Positions 13,593 through 23,191 of a DNA stretch of 25,070 nt are shown piece after piece. The position numbers and the translations under genes were made by a program. Position 1 is the first letter of the stretch. The number at the start of each line of letters is the position of its first letter. The notes below the pieces were generated by a model. It had not been told where the DNA came from, ran no database searches, and worked only from the letters and a program-made list of their open reading frames with translations. The DNA is taken from the IMG/VR virus record IMGVR_UViG_3300030433_001760, positions 1 through 25,070 of that record; one strand, written 5' to 3'. Origin of the DNA: a virus (Duplodnaviria; Caudoviricetes).

Positions 13593-15830
13593 TTAGTACC
13601 TCAGTGTAATAGTCATGGTGTCGTTAGTATCTGTGATCCCCGGAAGGGTCGCAGTGCTTGGCTTCAGCCTTCTCCTGTCCCTTGCATCTTTATTAGTTAG
13701 AGCCCAGAGTTCGGTTGCGTCAAACGTTCTAACGCTGTACACGCCCGGAGATGCCTCAAGGATGACATCCAGATCAGGGAAGTCCCACAGTGGGCCCGGA
13801 AAGCCGATCCAGAAGATATCTGCACCGCTTATACCGTCCTCCATCCGCAGAAGGTTTCTGGCATTCATGTACCTAGTCCTTGCCGGATACGAAGTGCATC
13901 CAGCGGGATCACCGTAGATGTAAGCATCTTTCTGTTGAACATAGTTGTCAAACGGAGATACAGAAGCGTCCTTAGTAGCGTCATATAAAGAGAAAACGTT
14001 TGAGTAGACCTCACCGTTTATAAATGCCGAATCAATAGTGATCGAGCCGTCCTTCAACCTTGGTATGCCCCTGCCTTCCTCAACGACCACAGAGCTAGCC
14101 TTAGGTGAGCCATAGTCATACCAGCTATCGGTAGGACTAATGAAGCTGTCATAGGTCCATGAGCACGAGTTGCTCCAGCTACGCTTAGTGTTGGTCATTG
14201 CTGTATCAAGATGATTCAATATCCTGCCCGCTTCCCAAGTAGTAGTTGCTTCCCAAGCATTAGTTGATGGAGAATAGCTTTTGCTAATGGTCACAGTAGT
14301 GCCATGAATTGACTCTGCCAAGAACCTTAATGCGTGATAACCTTGAAGGTAGGGAATGTTAAAGTATCCAGCCGTTAGAGGAAGCATCCAAGAAGCCTGT
14401 CCTCCAGAGTATATCGTGCATTTTCTGGTAAACTCAAAACGCCTTGCGTACCTACTGGACCGATCAGCACTTCCGTAGTTATGCCAATCACTGGCAAACC
14501 CGTCCTGAAAGTTGTCTGTGTTAACAGACCAACCACCAGCACAGCTAAATCCTTGAGCAGTACTTGCAGGCCAAGACCCTGAAAGGTCAAGTGGGCCAAG
14601 GCTAACTGGTCTGCTCTCAGCATGGCTTGTAATTGAGTCCCAATGATTGTTTGTGTAGTTAATTGGCGTACAATTATTAGCCGAAGAGTAGGTAGCTGAC
14701 CATGTGCAGTCAGCGTATGGCTCAAGATAGAAGAACACGTTTGGATCTGGATACTCAAACGAATGGTCATCAGTGTAGAGATCGTTGAGCATGTCGAATC
14801 TGATGTTATCCAAATGAGTTATCTGTGCAGGTGTAGCATCAGCAACAGTCTCGTCTATGATAATATACTGTTCATACTCAAGGTTCTGTGAGAACTCATT
14901 GTAAGCCCTTCTCCTGTGAGGAAGAAGTGGATCATACTTTGTGATCCAATCATGATCAGTTGTTCCGTCAACAAGATATGTGTTGTCAACCGTCATGCTG
15001 ATAGTTAACGTGTCATCCAACAATGCGTTGTTAAATACATTGGTCTTCGTGGTAAACACATCGTTGTCAGTGATGGTTGTAGTTGGTGGCTCATTGATAC
15101 AGAACTGCTCCTTGTATGGATACACTCCGTCAGTGTAGTTAGGCCCAAGGAAAGCGTGAGCCGCACCGCACCAAACAGACACCTTATTGATTACAACAGT
15201 GTCACTGTTAGCCCTGAAGGTCACAGGAATTGTCCTGAGGCCAGCAGGGAAAGGTTCAATGATTCCATTGACCTCATTGTCCCTGATCCAGTTATATGGC
15301 GTCTCGTAGCCCGGTGTGCCTGTGAATGTTGGAGTGCTGATAGATGGGTCAAACATCTCTCCAGAAACACAGCCTACAGCACCTGTCTCTGTGTCGAGCT
15401 CTGCAAGAGTAAACGAGATAGCTCCGCCGCTGTATGGCTGGCTGTAATAGAAAGCAGGCCCAGCACTGTAGGTCCAAGCTGAACCGCTTACGCCAGACTG
15501 CCAGTCATCAATGTCTGCGTCTGTTGCGTATGTAACATTATGCCATACTTGGTTACACCTTCCGGCACGAATGCTAAACCCAGACACAGGTGGCTCTGCC
15601 GCAGCATCAATGTTCTGATAATTGTCAGCACTTGCTATCTCGACGAGAAGCATGTAGTTGCTGCAAGGGATGTCAATGTTGAACTGAATCTCATCGCCGG
15701 GGTTAAGCGTGTTAACCCCTTCCTTGCCAGAGGTGAAGCTGACGTTGCTTAGTGTACGCCAGTCCTCACCGTCTCTCTTTAGCTCATAGTGCTTTACGCA
15801 AGAGCACGAGCAACATCCGATCATAGTCAT
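13593..15830 (-). CDS. Putative tail tip / receptor-binding protein (745 aa) with N-terminal GCCSCSC
   Basis: Large Thr/Ser/Tyr/Trp-rich ORF, third gene downstream of the tape measure. Function is inferred from position. Confidence 0.65.
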   Translation of the reverse strand: MTMIGCCSCSCVKHYELKRDGEDWRTLSNVSFTSGKEGVNTLNPGDEIQFNIDIPCSNYMLLVEIASADNYQNIDAAAEPPVSGFSIRAGRCNQVWHNVTYATDADIDDWQSGVSGSAWTYSAGPAFYYSQPYSGGAISFTLAELDTETGAVGCVSGEMFDPSISTPTFTGTPGYETPYNWIRDNEVNGIIEPFPAGLRTIPVTFRANSDTVVINKVSVWCGAAHAFLGPNYTDGVYPYKEQFCINEPPTTTITDNDVFTTKTNVFNNALLDDTLTISMTVDNTYLVDGTTDHDWITKYDPLLPHRRRAYNEFSQNLEYEQYIIIDETVADATPAQITHLDNIRFDMLNDLYTDDHSFEYPDPNVFFYLEPYADCTWSATYSSANNCTPINYTNNHWDSITSHAESRPVSLGPLDLSGSWPASTAQGFSCAGGWSVNTDNFQDGFASDWHNYGSADRSSRYARRFEFTRKCTIYSGGQASWMLPLTAGYFNIPYLQGYHALRFLAESIHGTTVTISKSYSPSTNAWEATTTWEAGRILNHLDTAMTNTKRSWSNSCSWTYDSFISPTDSWYDYGSPKASSVVVEEGRGIPRLKDGSITIDSAFINGEVYSNVFSLYDATKDASVSPFDNYVQQKDAYIYGDPAGCTSYPARTRYMNARNLLRMEDGISGADIFWIGFPGPLWDFPDLDVILEASPGVYSVRTFDATELWALTNKDARDRRRLKPSTATLPGITDTNDTMTITLRY

Positions 15831-15831
15831 G

Positions 15832-16635
15832 TTAGCACTCCCAACCTAGAACTGTAACTACACCATTGACGACACCCACGACACACTTGGCGTCCATGGG
15901 GATGTCATCAGACCAAGGATTGAATGCCTTGATCCTGAACGCATTGCCAGCGTTAGCAACAAAGCTACAAGCACCGTCAAAGTTAAATGTTGTAGACCCC
16001 GGAGCTTCGTCAGTTGGCTTCACGTGGAGGTTAATGTCTCCTCTCTCGCCAGCAATAATGTCAGAACCATAAACAGTGCCGAACACATTGTGCTCGCCGC
16101 TGTATATCCACCTTGGACCAATCTTATTGACCTCAATAATCTGCCCAGCCATGATAGGGAGCAATGAGCAGTTCCAGATCTTCATTCTTGACCTGTGGCT
16201 CAAGTTGCCGCCAGTCTCGCCCTCAATAGTTGGGTCTCCAGAAGAAGGGTCGGGAGCGGCATCGCTTATCTTGATGCCGAAGCTTGTCTTGGCTGTATTA
16301 TAAGTAGGAACAACACTGTTTGTTGCTGGATAAGCTTTGCTGAATAACAACTGATAAGCGTATCCCCAGTCAACCTGATAGACACCAAGGAACTCATTAG
16401 CATTGAAAGCGTTATGGCTAACAGAAAGATAGTCTTCACTGGAGTTTATGCCAGCTATAAATCTCGAGTCAGTCTGGTGTGCCTCATAGTTACTGAAGCT
16501 GACCCTAACGATCCTAGTGCTGTCAGACATCATCATGTTCTTAGTTGCACTCTTAAGAGGCTGTTGCCTCCTATTGTTCTGGGCAAGATGGTGGAGGTCC
16601 ATCGCATCTTGCCTGTGTCTAAATCCGTACATCAT
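15832..16635 (-). CDS. Putative minor tail protein (267 aa, ends in WEC)
   Basis: TAATG-coupled, positioned in the tail-tip block. Confidence 0.65.
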   Translation of the reverse strand: MMYGFRHRQDAMDLHHLAQNNRRQQPLKSATKNMMMSDSTRIVRVSFSNYEAHQTDSRFIAGINSSEDYLSVSHNAFNANEFLGVYQVDWGYAYQLLFSKAYPATNSVVPTYNTAKTSFGIKISDAAPDPSSGDPTIEGETGGNLSHRSRMKIWNCSLLPIMAGQIIEVNKIGPRWIYSGEHNVFGTVYGSDIIAGERGDINLHVKPTDEAPGSTTFNFDGACSFVANAGNAFRIKAFNPWSDDIPMDAKCVVGVVNGVVTVLGWEC

Positions 16636-17660
16636 TAAATCCTAAGGAAGTCGCTAAAGAGAATCGGTGTTTGTGTAATATACTGATCAACAGGTGGCGG
16701 CTTAATTGACCAGAAGTCTTCTGCCAATGGCTCACCAGTGGTCTTGAGGTAGGCCGTTGCTGGTCTAGTGCTATTCTCGTTAAGCATGATCGGCTGAGGA
16801 ACTAAGTCACCATCGTCATTTGGTGCCATGATCCAGTCGTCAACTCGGACTAGATCGTAACCCCAAGCAGCGTCCAGAAATCCGTCGCTAGCGTCATCAT
16901 CAATAGTTTCAATTTGATGATTCAGGCACTTGATTACATACTTAACTTTGTAGACGTTTTGAAATATTATCTGACCAGCAAACTCCACAGGTATCTGAGC
17001 TCGCTCATAAGTTATATTGTCAATCTTGCAGGAGTATTTTTCAAACCCTTGCCAAGAAGATTCATTGATTGCCTTGTACCTCTGTCCAAGGTCAGACAAG
17101 CTCAAGGTGTTTTCAATCTGCTCTACGGTTGCAACAAAGACAGGCACTTCCTTGACTGGTGCTACACCATCGTAAAAGTTTCCCGTAGGAAGCTTAATTG
17201 GCTGGCTACCAGAGTTAGAACCAAGTCTCCTTCTCCGTGCAGTGTACCGAGTGACACCAGTAGACTCCAATGACCAGTTGATCGTTGGATTGTAGTTCTC
17301 TGGATCACTCTGAACGCCCTGACCTGACTGATCGTTCGACTCATCAGCGTATGATGCTGTGACGTTATAGATGAACGCATTTTGCTCGTCACGCTCAATG
17401 TTTACGCTTCGGCAAGTGAAGTTCGGGTAATAGATATTATTGACTGCATCATAGTATGACCACCCACCAACTTGAGGCACACCGTCAAATCTCCCAACCG
17501 AAACTGGGTCGGGAACATTTGCGTCTACACTGTCCTCATCAATGATGACAATGTACTGCTCTTCAAGGGTGCGTATTACCCTACGCTCACCATTCTGCTC
17601 AGATAACTGTGCGTCACCTGAGCCTGATCTTAGTCTTTTAACTTCGTATGAAATAGACAT
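16635..17660 (-). CDS. Putative distal tail / hub-like protein (341 aa)
   Basis: First gene after the tape measure, with an alternating beta-strand pattern (CRSVNIER, IYNVTASY, YKVKYVI). Confidence 0.6.
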   Translation of the reverse strand: MSISYEVKRLRSGSGDAQLSEQNGERRVIRTLEEQYIVIIDEDSVDANVPDPVSVGRFDGVPQVGGWSYYDAVNNIYYPNFTCRSVNIERDEQNAFIYNVTASYADESNDQSGQGVQSDPENYNPTINWSLESTGVTRYTARRRRLGSNSGSQPIKLPTGNFYDGVAPVKEVPVFVATVEQIENTLSLSDLGQRYKAINESSWQGFEKYSCKIDNITYERAQIPVEFAGQIIFQNVYKVKYVIKCLNHQIETIDDDASDGFLDAAWGYDLVRVDDWIMAPNDDGDLVPQPIMLNENSTRPATAYLKTTGEPLAEDFWSIKPPPVDQYITQTPILFSDFLRI

Positions 17661-19855
17661 TATGGAACCGCTTGTCCTTGATTTTGAGGTACTAATAGTT
17701 TGTTCTGCTTGTGCAGTGCTTTAAGCTGGTTGGCAGTATTCTTGTTGATTCTGTCGGTCAGCTTCTCCATCTTCTTGTTGTGCTGCTTCTGGGTGACCCT
17801 GTCTCTCTGTTCAGACTTGATCCTTGCAAGCAGTTGATACTCCTTGCCGCCTCCGCCAACACCACCAGAGAAGCCTTTAGCCATCTCTGTGTTCTTGATC
17901 TTCTCGAGCTTCTTGTCACGCTTCTCCATGATTGCCTGAGCACCCTTGGTTAAGCCTGCGTACTTACTTGATCCATCAATGCCGCCAATAAGCTGGTCAG
18001 CCTTCTGGTCGCGTTGCTTCTGAAGTTCAGCGGACTCTTCAGCCTTCTTCTTCTTCTCCTTGGCCTTATCAGCCTCTTGGAGCTTCTTGAAGTGATTCTC
18101 AACGATAGCTACTGCCATCTTGTATTCGCGGCTTGTCCACTTACCGCTTTCCATCTTCTCTCGAAGATTGAATATCATTCGGTTCTTTTCGACCTCATCG
18201 TAGCCACCGCCAGAAGTGTCCTTAAACATGAAGCCCTTCCTGAAGCTTGCAAAGTCTTCAATCTGCAACCTGCGGGCCGCTTTGGCTTCAGCCTCTGCCT
18301 CTTTCTCAGCAGCAGTCTGCTCTGCGGGAGTCATGTCAAAGCCTTTGCCGTAAAGTGCTTCCTGCTCTTCCCTGAGCTTCTTGTATGCTTCTTCTGAAGC
18401 TGGACCTGTATCCAGACCTCTTGTTCTATTACGTAGCTCTTCTTCTAACAGAAGCATACGCATAAGCTGTGGATCTGTTGTAGCATCCCTTGCATCGTAT
18501 CCGGTAACAGTAAGTCCACCGCCCATGCCGGGATCTAATATCTTGCCCATTGTGCTATAGCTGGTTCCGAAGTCACCGCCAACAGTTTGGCCATGAATGT
18601 TGTGCTGCATACCACGAGGGCCATTGGAGTCAGTAGACGCTGCCCAGTCAGAGAAGTCTTTCACGTAGTCAGCAAGTGCGGCTGAAGCTGAGTTCCAGTA
18701 TCTAACAAGATAGCTAGACTCTGCACCCATCGACTGATATGCTTCTTCCCACTTGGCTTTCAAGATAATCGCTTGACCTTCAAGTGTCTTTGCCTTCTCT
18801 TCAAGCAACCCGGAAAACAGTCCACCCTCTTCTGTCATGTTAACAAGAGCTTGGTTGACATGCTCAGCAGTGATAGCACCGCTCTCCATTGCTTTAGCAA
18901 AGTCGGTCATCTCAATGCCTGCTACCTTAGCAACCTCAGACAGAGAGAACCCGGCGTTGATCAACTGGTTCTTCTCTTGGCCCATAAGCTTGCCCTGTGC
19001 GTTCACCTGAGCGAATGCTATGGTCAATGCCTTGAACTTCTCAGTGTTACCACCGGCGACCGTACCAAGCCTCTCGAGACGCTTAACGATGCCATCTGCT
19101 GTCAATCCGTAAGACGCCCATGTCTTTGCATTGCTAACAAGCTGTGTTGTCGTCAGTGCTGTGTTCTTTGCCAAGGCTTTGAACTGAGCACCAAGGCTGT
19201 CACCTCTATCTTCACCGAACAAAACCTTGAGGTCAACAAGCTGTGACTCAAGTTGAGCATAGGTGTCAATAGACTCTTTGATGACCCTGAAAGTGCCCAT
19301 GGCTCCGGCAGCACCTAATCCAAGTGCACCTGTGTGCATAAGACCCATGCCACCCATGGCCCCAAAGTTTCCGGCCATCCTTGCAGCACCAGCAGAAGCT
19401 CCGCCCATGCCCAAGGCACTAAAGCCACCAGCCATACCGCCGCCAAGCATCTGAGCTCTCTTAGCCCTTGCAGCGTTCTCACGGTTTAGCTGTGCCTCAA
19501 GCTTCCTTGACTGACGTTCTTCTTCACGCTTCTGCTTATTGAGCTTACGCTGTGCGTCAGCCTCTTTCTGCATCTGGATCTTGCGAGCACGAGTTACGCC
19601 GTTAAGTCGGTTACGTCTCTCGAGCTCTTTCTGTAGAGATGCGTTGTATTCTTTCTTAGTGATAGCACCCTCTTTGAGTGCTGTCGTCAATGTCTTCAGT
19701 GAGTGTTGGTACTCACGGTTTGCCGCTTTGGCTTGGCCAAGGTCACGGTTCAATCTTCTTGTAACCTTGTTCGACTCGCGTGCACCACGAGCCATATCTG
19801 TTGTGTCGATACCTAAGGAGATACCGTAGCGAATAATTGGTTGCTTACGGGCCAT
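17660..19855 (-). CDS. Tail tape measure protein
   Basis: 731-aa helical protein with the tape-measure core AFAQVNAQGKLMGQEKNQLINAG...MTEEGGLF, in the expected position. Confidence 0.92.
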   Translation of the reverse strand: MARKQPIIRYGISLGIDTTDMARGARESNKVTRRLNRDLGQAKAANREYQHSLKTLTTALKEGAITKKEYNASLQKELERRNRLNGVTRARKIQMQKEADAQRKLNKQKREEERQSRKLEAQLNRENAARAKRAQMLGGGMAGGFSALGMGGASAGAARMAGNFGAMGGMGLMHTGALGLGAAGAMGTFRVIKESIDTYAQLESQLVDLKVLFGEDRGDSLGAQFKALAKNTALTTTQLVSNAKTWASYGLTADGIVKRLERLGTVAGGNTEKFKALTIAFAQVNAQGKLMGQEKNQLINAGFSLSEVAKVAGIEMTDFAKAMESGAITAEHVNQALVNMTEEGGLFSGLLEEKAKTLEGQAIILKAKWEEAYQSMGAESSYLVRYWNSASAALADYVKDFSDWAASTDSNGPRGMQHNIHGQTVGGDFGTSYSTMGKILDPGMGGGLTVTGYDARDATTDPQLMRMLLLEEELRNRTRGLDTGPASEEAYKKLREEQEALYGKGFDMTPAEQTAAEKEAEAEAKAARRLQIEDFASFRKGFMFKDTSGGGYDEVEKNRMIFNLREKMESGKWTSREYKMAVAIVENHFKKLQEADKAKEKKKKAEESAELQKQRDQKADQLIGGIDGSSKYAGLTKGAQAIMEKRDKKLEKIKNTEMAKGFSGGVGGGGKEYQLLARIKSEQRDRVTQKQHNKKMEKLTDRINKNTANQLKALHKQNKLLVPQNQGQAVP

Positions 19856-20391
19856 TAGAATGTCCTTTTAACGATTGTTGGTTTTACTCTTTTACAAGCT
19901 TTCTCGACGCCTTTCTGTGTCATCTCTTGAGCCCTGCTCTTGATGACCTTAGCCGCATTCTCACGGAAGTTAAGAGCTTCCTGATGGTCAGGACCACCGA
20001 GAGTATTCTTCTGTTCTCTCTCGTGATGCCATGCCATGCGTCTATCTGTACCTTGGTCTAAGAATCTTGCTACATAGTCGCGGCCTGAAGGTACACCGCC
20101 GTAAGCAGTGACTTCGTTGTCATACTCTGCTACGCGATGATCTGTGCCTAAGACGGAGCCGCCCCACTTGTAGTAACCTTCCTTCTCGGATTGGGATCTC
20201 AAGTCGTGCGTTCCAGTTTTTTCAGAGCGATTTACTCCAGCCATTCTCATCTCTCGACGGAAGATTGTTTCAATCTGTTCAGCTACGCTTTCCATAACAT
20301 CGTTCTCAATGTCATGTGTCACGCTTTTTATCATACGATCTAGGGTGTCCTGTACGATCTTCCCTAGATCATCCATTCTCATATTTGCCAT
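19855..20391 (-). CDS. HK97 gp10-like neck/tail completion protein
   Basis: N-terminal helices, a TG motif, YVARFLDQGT (cf. AxFLExGT) and a C-terminal helix. Confidence 0.6.
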   Translation of the reverse strand: MANMRMDDLGKIVQDTLDRMIKSVTHDIENDVMESVAEQIETIFRREMRMAGVNRSEKTGTHDLRSQSEKEGYYKWGGSVLGTDHRVAEYDNEVTAYGGVPSGRDYVARFLDQGTDRRMAWHHEREQKNTLGGPDHQEALNFRENAAKVIKSRAQEMTQKGVEKACKRVKPTIVKRTF

Positions 20392-20642
20392 TACATAATT
20401 CCTAAGCTTTGAATATGACTTAATGCTTCCTCAGGCGTGTTTGATTCTGCCTTTGGATTCTTCTCGTCTCGCTCTAGTAATTCGTAGGCTATCCATTGGT
20501 CTAAGACCGAGGGGCTTATAGTATTCATCCAATGGACTGGGTCATCAATACCCAGTCTTTGGCATATCAAGAAGGCCCACCTCAGGCGATGATTTGACCT
20601 GAAGTGTTCAATCATCCTTTCTACTCGCCCTTGGCGTTTTTT
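20391..20642 (-). CDS. Tail assembly chaperone extension (gpT-like), reached by -1 frameshift
   Basis: The -1 frame from A-AAA-AAC reads RQGRVERMIEHFRSNHRLRWAFLICQRLG...LDQWIAYELLE. The track start ATG is at 20615. Confidence 0.8.
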   Translation of the reverse strand, partial: KKRQGRVERMIEHFRSNHRLRWAFLICQRLGIDDPVHWMNTISPSVLDQWIAYELLERDEKNPKAESNTPEEALSHIQSLGIM

Positions 20643-20968
20643 TCTTCAAGGAATGAATCGTTGAAGTCGCTAATAGCATCGACCAATGAGTCAAGCACTC
20701 CGCTTTCTAAAGCGAGCAAATCCTTGACGTCACCCTCAGTAAAGAGGTTCTTGCCTGTCTCGTCACACAGTTGATCAACAACCATGTTGACTCGAAGCTT
20801 CATGCGAGCGTCCTCGGACTTCTTATCCTTGTCGCTCCAGAGGTCAGCAAGACGCTTTGATCGCTGGAACTCGGTAAGTGGTTTAACCCAGATCTTACCG
20901 TGCTCTTTAGCATCTACTTCAACCGGCTTTGGCTTTTTTGCCAATAAAGATTGTTTAGTTAAAGTCAT
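20621..20968 (-). CDS. Tail assembly chaperone (gpG-like)
   Basis: Start at ATG 20968 with GAGGT SD. MTLTKQSLL...IWVKPLT...LCDETGKNLFT pattern, with a slippery site at the 3' end. Confidence 0.85.
   Translation of the reverse strand: MTLTKQSLLAKKPKPVEVDAKEHGKIWVKPLTEFQRSKRLADLWSDKDKKSEDARMKLRVNMVVDQLCDETGKNLFTEGDVKDLLALESGVLDSLVDAISDFNDSFLEEKNAKGE
20636..20642 (-). other. Programmed -1 ribosomal frameshift heptamer A AAA AAC
   Basis: X-XXY-YYZ heptamer in the correct phase, four sense codons before the TAG. The -1 frame is open into the next ORF. Confidence 0.85.
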
Positions 20969-21254
20969 CGTGATGTACCTCGTCGTCAGAGTTGTCTTCA
21001 TACTTTGCAAGAATCTTTTCCTCGTCAGGTGCGTTGACGTGGTCAGCAGTGTCACCAAGGAGATGCTCCACTTGATTCTTCACTTCGGCAATGTCTTCAG
21101 GAGATAGCTTTGTGATAAAGATAACCTTAGAACCAAAGTCCCAAGACTTGTATCCAACAAGCTTGCCATCAAGCACCACTCGGTACTGACGAACTGTTTC
21201 TTCCTGTCGAGTTGCCATATTGATGCCCTTATGGGGCAGAAGCTCCACCTTCAT
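20955..21254 (-). CDS. Hypothetical protein (99 aa) between tail tube and chaperone
   Basis: GAGGA SD, acidic tail, overlaps the chaperone start. Confidence 0.75.
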   Translation of the reverse strand: MKVELLPHKGINMATRQEETVRQYRVVLDGKLVGYKSWDFGSKVIFITKLSPEDIAEVKNQVEHLLGDTADHVNAPDEEKILAKYEDNSDDEVHHDDFN

Positions 21255-21274
21255 AATTATGTCCTCTGTAGGTT

Positions 21275-21306
21275 AAAGAAAGCAGGGGCTCACAGTGAAC
21301 CCCTGC
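21275..21306 (-). terminator. Rho-independent terminator after the tail tube gene
   Basis: GCAGGGGTTCA-CTG-TGAGCCCCTGC followed by TTTCTTT. Confidence 0.85.
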
Positions 21307-21330
21307 GTGTTTTAGTTGATCGTTAGATCA

Positions 21331-21804
21331 TTACTCTCCTGCTGAACCTGCGGTCCAGACAGGTCCATCAAAACCATCGAAACAGAAAGTAAAGCTGTAT
21401 TCGAGAAGTTGGTTTACGGATAAGTCTGGTAGGTCCAAGCTGGAGATGAATCCACTGCCGCTCAAGCTTCCGCCGCCGCCGCCACCGTTCTCGGTTGCGT
21501 AGGTTGGGAAAGTGATTGTCAGAGTGTCTTTAGCTCCAACGATGATGTCGCCGGGAGTTGCGTCTGCAGCATCGTCTCCAACGTCATCGTTTGGTGCCCA
21601 CAACATTGTTACGGTGCATTCGCCGGGATCAGTCAAGTCGCCGGGGATGTATTTTGCATACCCCTTGTCTTCGATGCAAGTGATGTCAATCTTCTCTTGA
21701 GTCCAGTTAGGAAGAGTGATCGAGCGAACACATGCGTTGAATCCAGCGGCTCCCAAAGTAACGGTACAGCCTTGGCCAGTACGTCCTTTTAAGTTAGTTG
21801 CCAT
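21331..21804 (-). CDS. Major tail tube protein
   Basis: EKIDIT...YIPGDLTDPGECTVT...LTITFP...SGSGFISS pattern of lambda gpV-like tubes, in the expected position. Confidence 0.88.
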   Translation of the reverse strand: MATNLKGRTGQGCTVTLGAAGFNACVRSITLPNWTQEKIDITCIEDKGYAKYIPGDLTDPGECTVTMLWAPNDDVGDDAADATPGDIIVGAKDTLTITFPTYATENGGGGGGSLSGSGFISSLDLPDLSVNQLLEYSFTFCFDGFDGPVWTAGSAGE

Positions 21805-21820
21805 TATTAAATCCTAAGTG

Positions 21821-22237
21821 TTAAAACGGGTGATAAGTTATACTAAAAGACTGAGATGTTCTGAATTGCCATCTGTCAGTCCCATCATTTGGTATGTCCA
21901 CTAAGTGGATTTTACCAGTAGCCTGTGAGATACCCTGAATTGATGAATTAGGGTAACCCGAAGCGAGTAAGTCATTGAGAGCATTACGAACAGCGTCTGA
22001 TACGTTGTCAGCGTCTTCTCTCGAGGTGCCCACGCATTCGATACGCAGGCGTGCTTCTGAGAAGTCAAGGAAGCCAACGATAGAGTCCAGTGGATCTTCG
22101 CTTGTTATGTACATGAATATACATGGCTTCTGTGAGTCTTCAGGTGCAAAGTCGGCATAGACTCGGGAGCCAACTAGGTCGGTAACCCCGGTGTTGCCTT
22201 TAAGGGCTGAGATAACTTGTGGTACTAAACTAGGCAT
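21821..22237 (-). CDS. Tail terminator (DUF3168-like)
   Basis: LVGSRVYADFAP...P...LRIECVG...ADNVSDAVRNAL motif. Likely start is ATG 22237. Confidence 0.85.
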   Translation of the reverse strand: MPSLVPQVISALKGNTGVTDLVGSRVYADFAPEDSQKPCIFMYITSEDPLDSIVGFLDFSEARLRIECVGTSREDADNVSDAVRNALNDLLASGYPNSSIQGISQATGKIHLVDIPNDGTDRWQFRTSQSFSITYHPF

Positions 22238-22586
22238 CGTTCTCACCCCTTAACTCAATCCGCATTTCCATCTGAAGTCCATCAGCGTCAATGACGCACG
22301 TGACCCCGTAACTAACTCCATTGATGACACACCTGTGCTTGGCAGTGACATTCTGTGCTCCAAAGAACTCGCCATAGGCAACATGAGTTGTCTTAGCATT
22401 TGTCATTCGACCACGGATCACTTCACCACCAACCGTAGTGATCAATTCGCAAGGCCAACCGCTTACGGCTACAGCCCAATCATTTTCGTTGTCATAAGTA
22501 GGTTGTCCGTAACTATCTACATTCCCGTTGTGGGAGTAGAAGGTTGCGTTGTGCCTCCTCATGCCAATTCGTTTGCGAATAGTCAT
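22230..22586 (-). CDS. Head closure / head-tail adaptor (SPP1 gp16-like)
   Basis: IGMRRH...DSYGQP...W...GGE...TTH pattern, in the expected position. Confidence 0.85.
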   Translation of the reverse strand: MTIRKRIGMRRHNATFYSHNGNVDSYGQPTYDNENDWAVAVSGWPCELITTVGGEVIRGRMTNAKTTHVAYGEFFGAQNVTAKHRCVINGVSYGVTCVIDADGLQMEMRIELRGENDA

Positions 22587-23191
22587 TACGGGTAAGTGCT
22601 CCTCATGAGAGTCATTACTAAACGTTCATAAGCAACCTCTTGTGAGTGCAGTGCACTTCCTTCCTGTGCAGGATCGAAGAACCACTTGCCAACACACAAT
22701 AAGATTGCTGCTTTCATTGATCTTGGAACAGTTGTGTTTGTTGTGCCATAGCCAGCAGTGAAGGTAATCTCCACTCTGTTGCCAGTGTTGTCCGGTGATA
22801 GGGAAGGCCATTGCTCACCAGCGGCAAGCCATAGCCTTGTTCTACCAGCGTCATACACGTACTTCGATGAGTCTAATGTCTGAAGGACATCGTCCTCATC
22901 TCGATACTGAACAGACACAATGTCTGAGATCGCTCTCTTGTACAGTTTGATCGAGCCTTCCAAGTTGTCATCAACACTCCATGAGAGTTGTGACTGCTTG
23001 TAGTTGGCTTGTATGATCTGCCTGTCTATGTCATCTTCTAAGCGTTCTGTCGCGGCCTCAATCAACAACTGAATATGGTTGTCGTGAGTCGTGTCAGCAC
23101 TACTCAGCCTTAGGTGACTTTTTACTTCTTCGAGGCTTACTGGCAGGTTTGACGGGCTTGTCACCCGCGTCAGCGTCCAGTTTGTCGCCAT
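22586..23191 (-). CDS. Head-tail connector (HK97 gp6 / phiE125 gp8-like)
   Basis: PVSLEEVKSHLRL...D...LIEAA, VEITFTAGYG and VP...KAAILL motifs. Confidence 0.9.
   Translation of the reverse strand: MATNWTLTRVTSPSNLPVSLEEVKSHLRLSSADTTHDNHIQLLIEAATERLEDDIDRQIIQANYKQSQLSWSVDDNLEGSIKLYKRAISDIVSVQYRDEDDVLQTLDSSKYVYDAGRTRLWLAAGEQWPSLSPDNTGNRVEITFTAGYGTTNTTVPRSMKAAILLCVGKWFFDPAQEGSALHSQEVAYERLVMTLMRSTYP

Noticed and set aside
19290-19450. Gly/Met/Ala-rich low-complexity stretch in the tape measure
   Set aside because: Hydrophobic Gly/Ala-rich segments are common in tape measure proteins.
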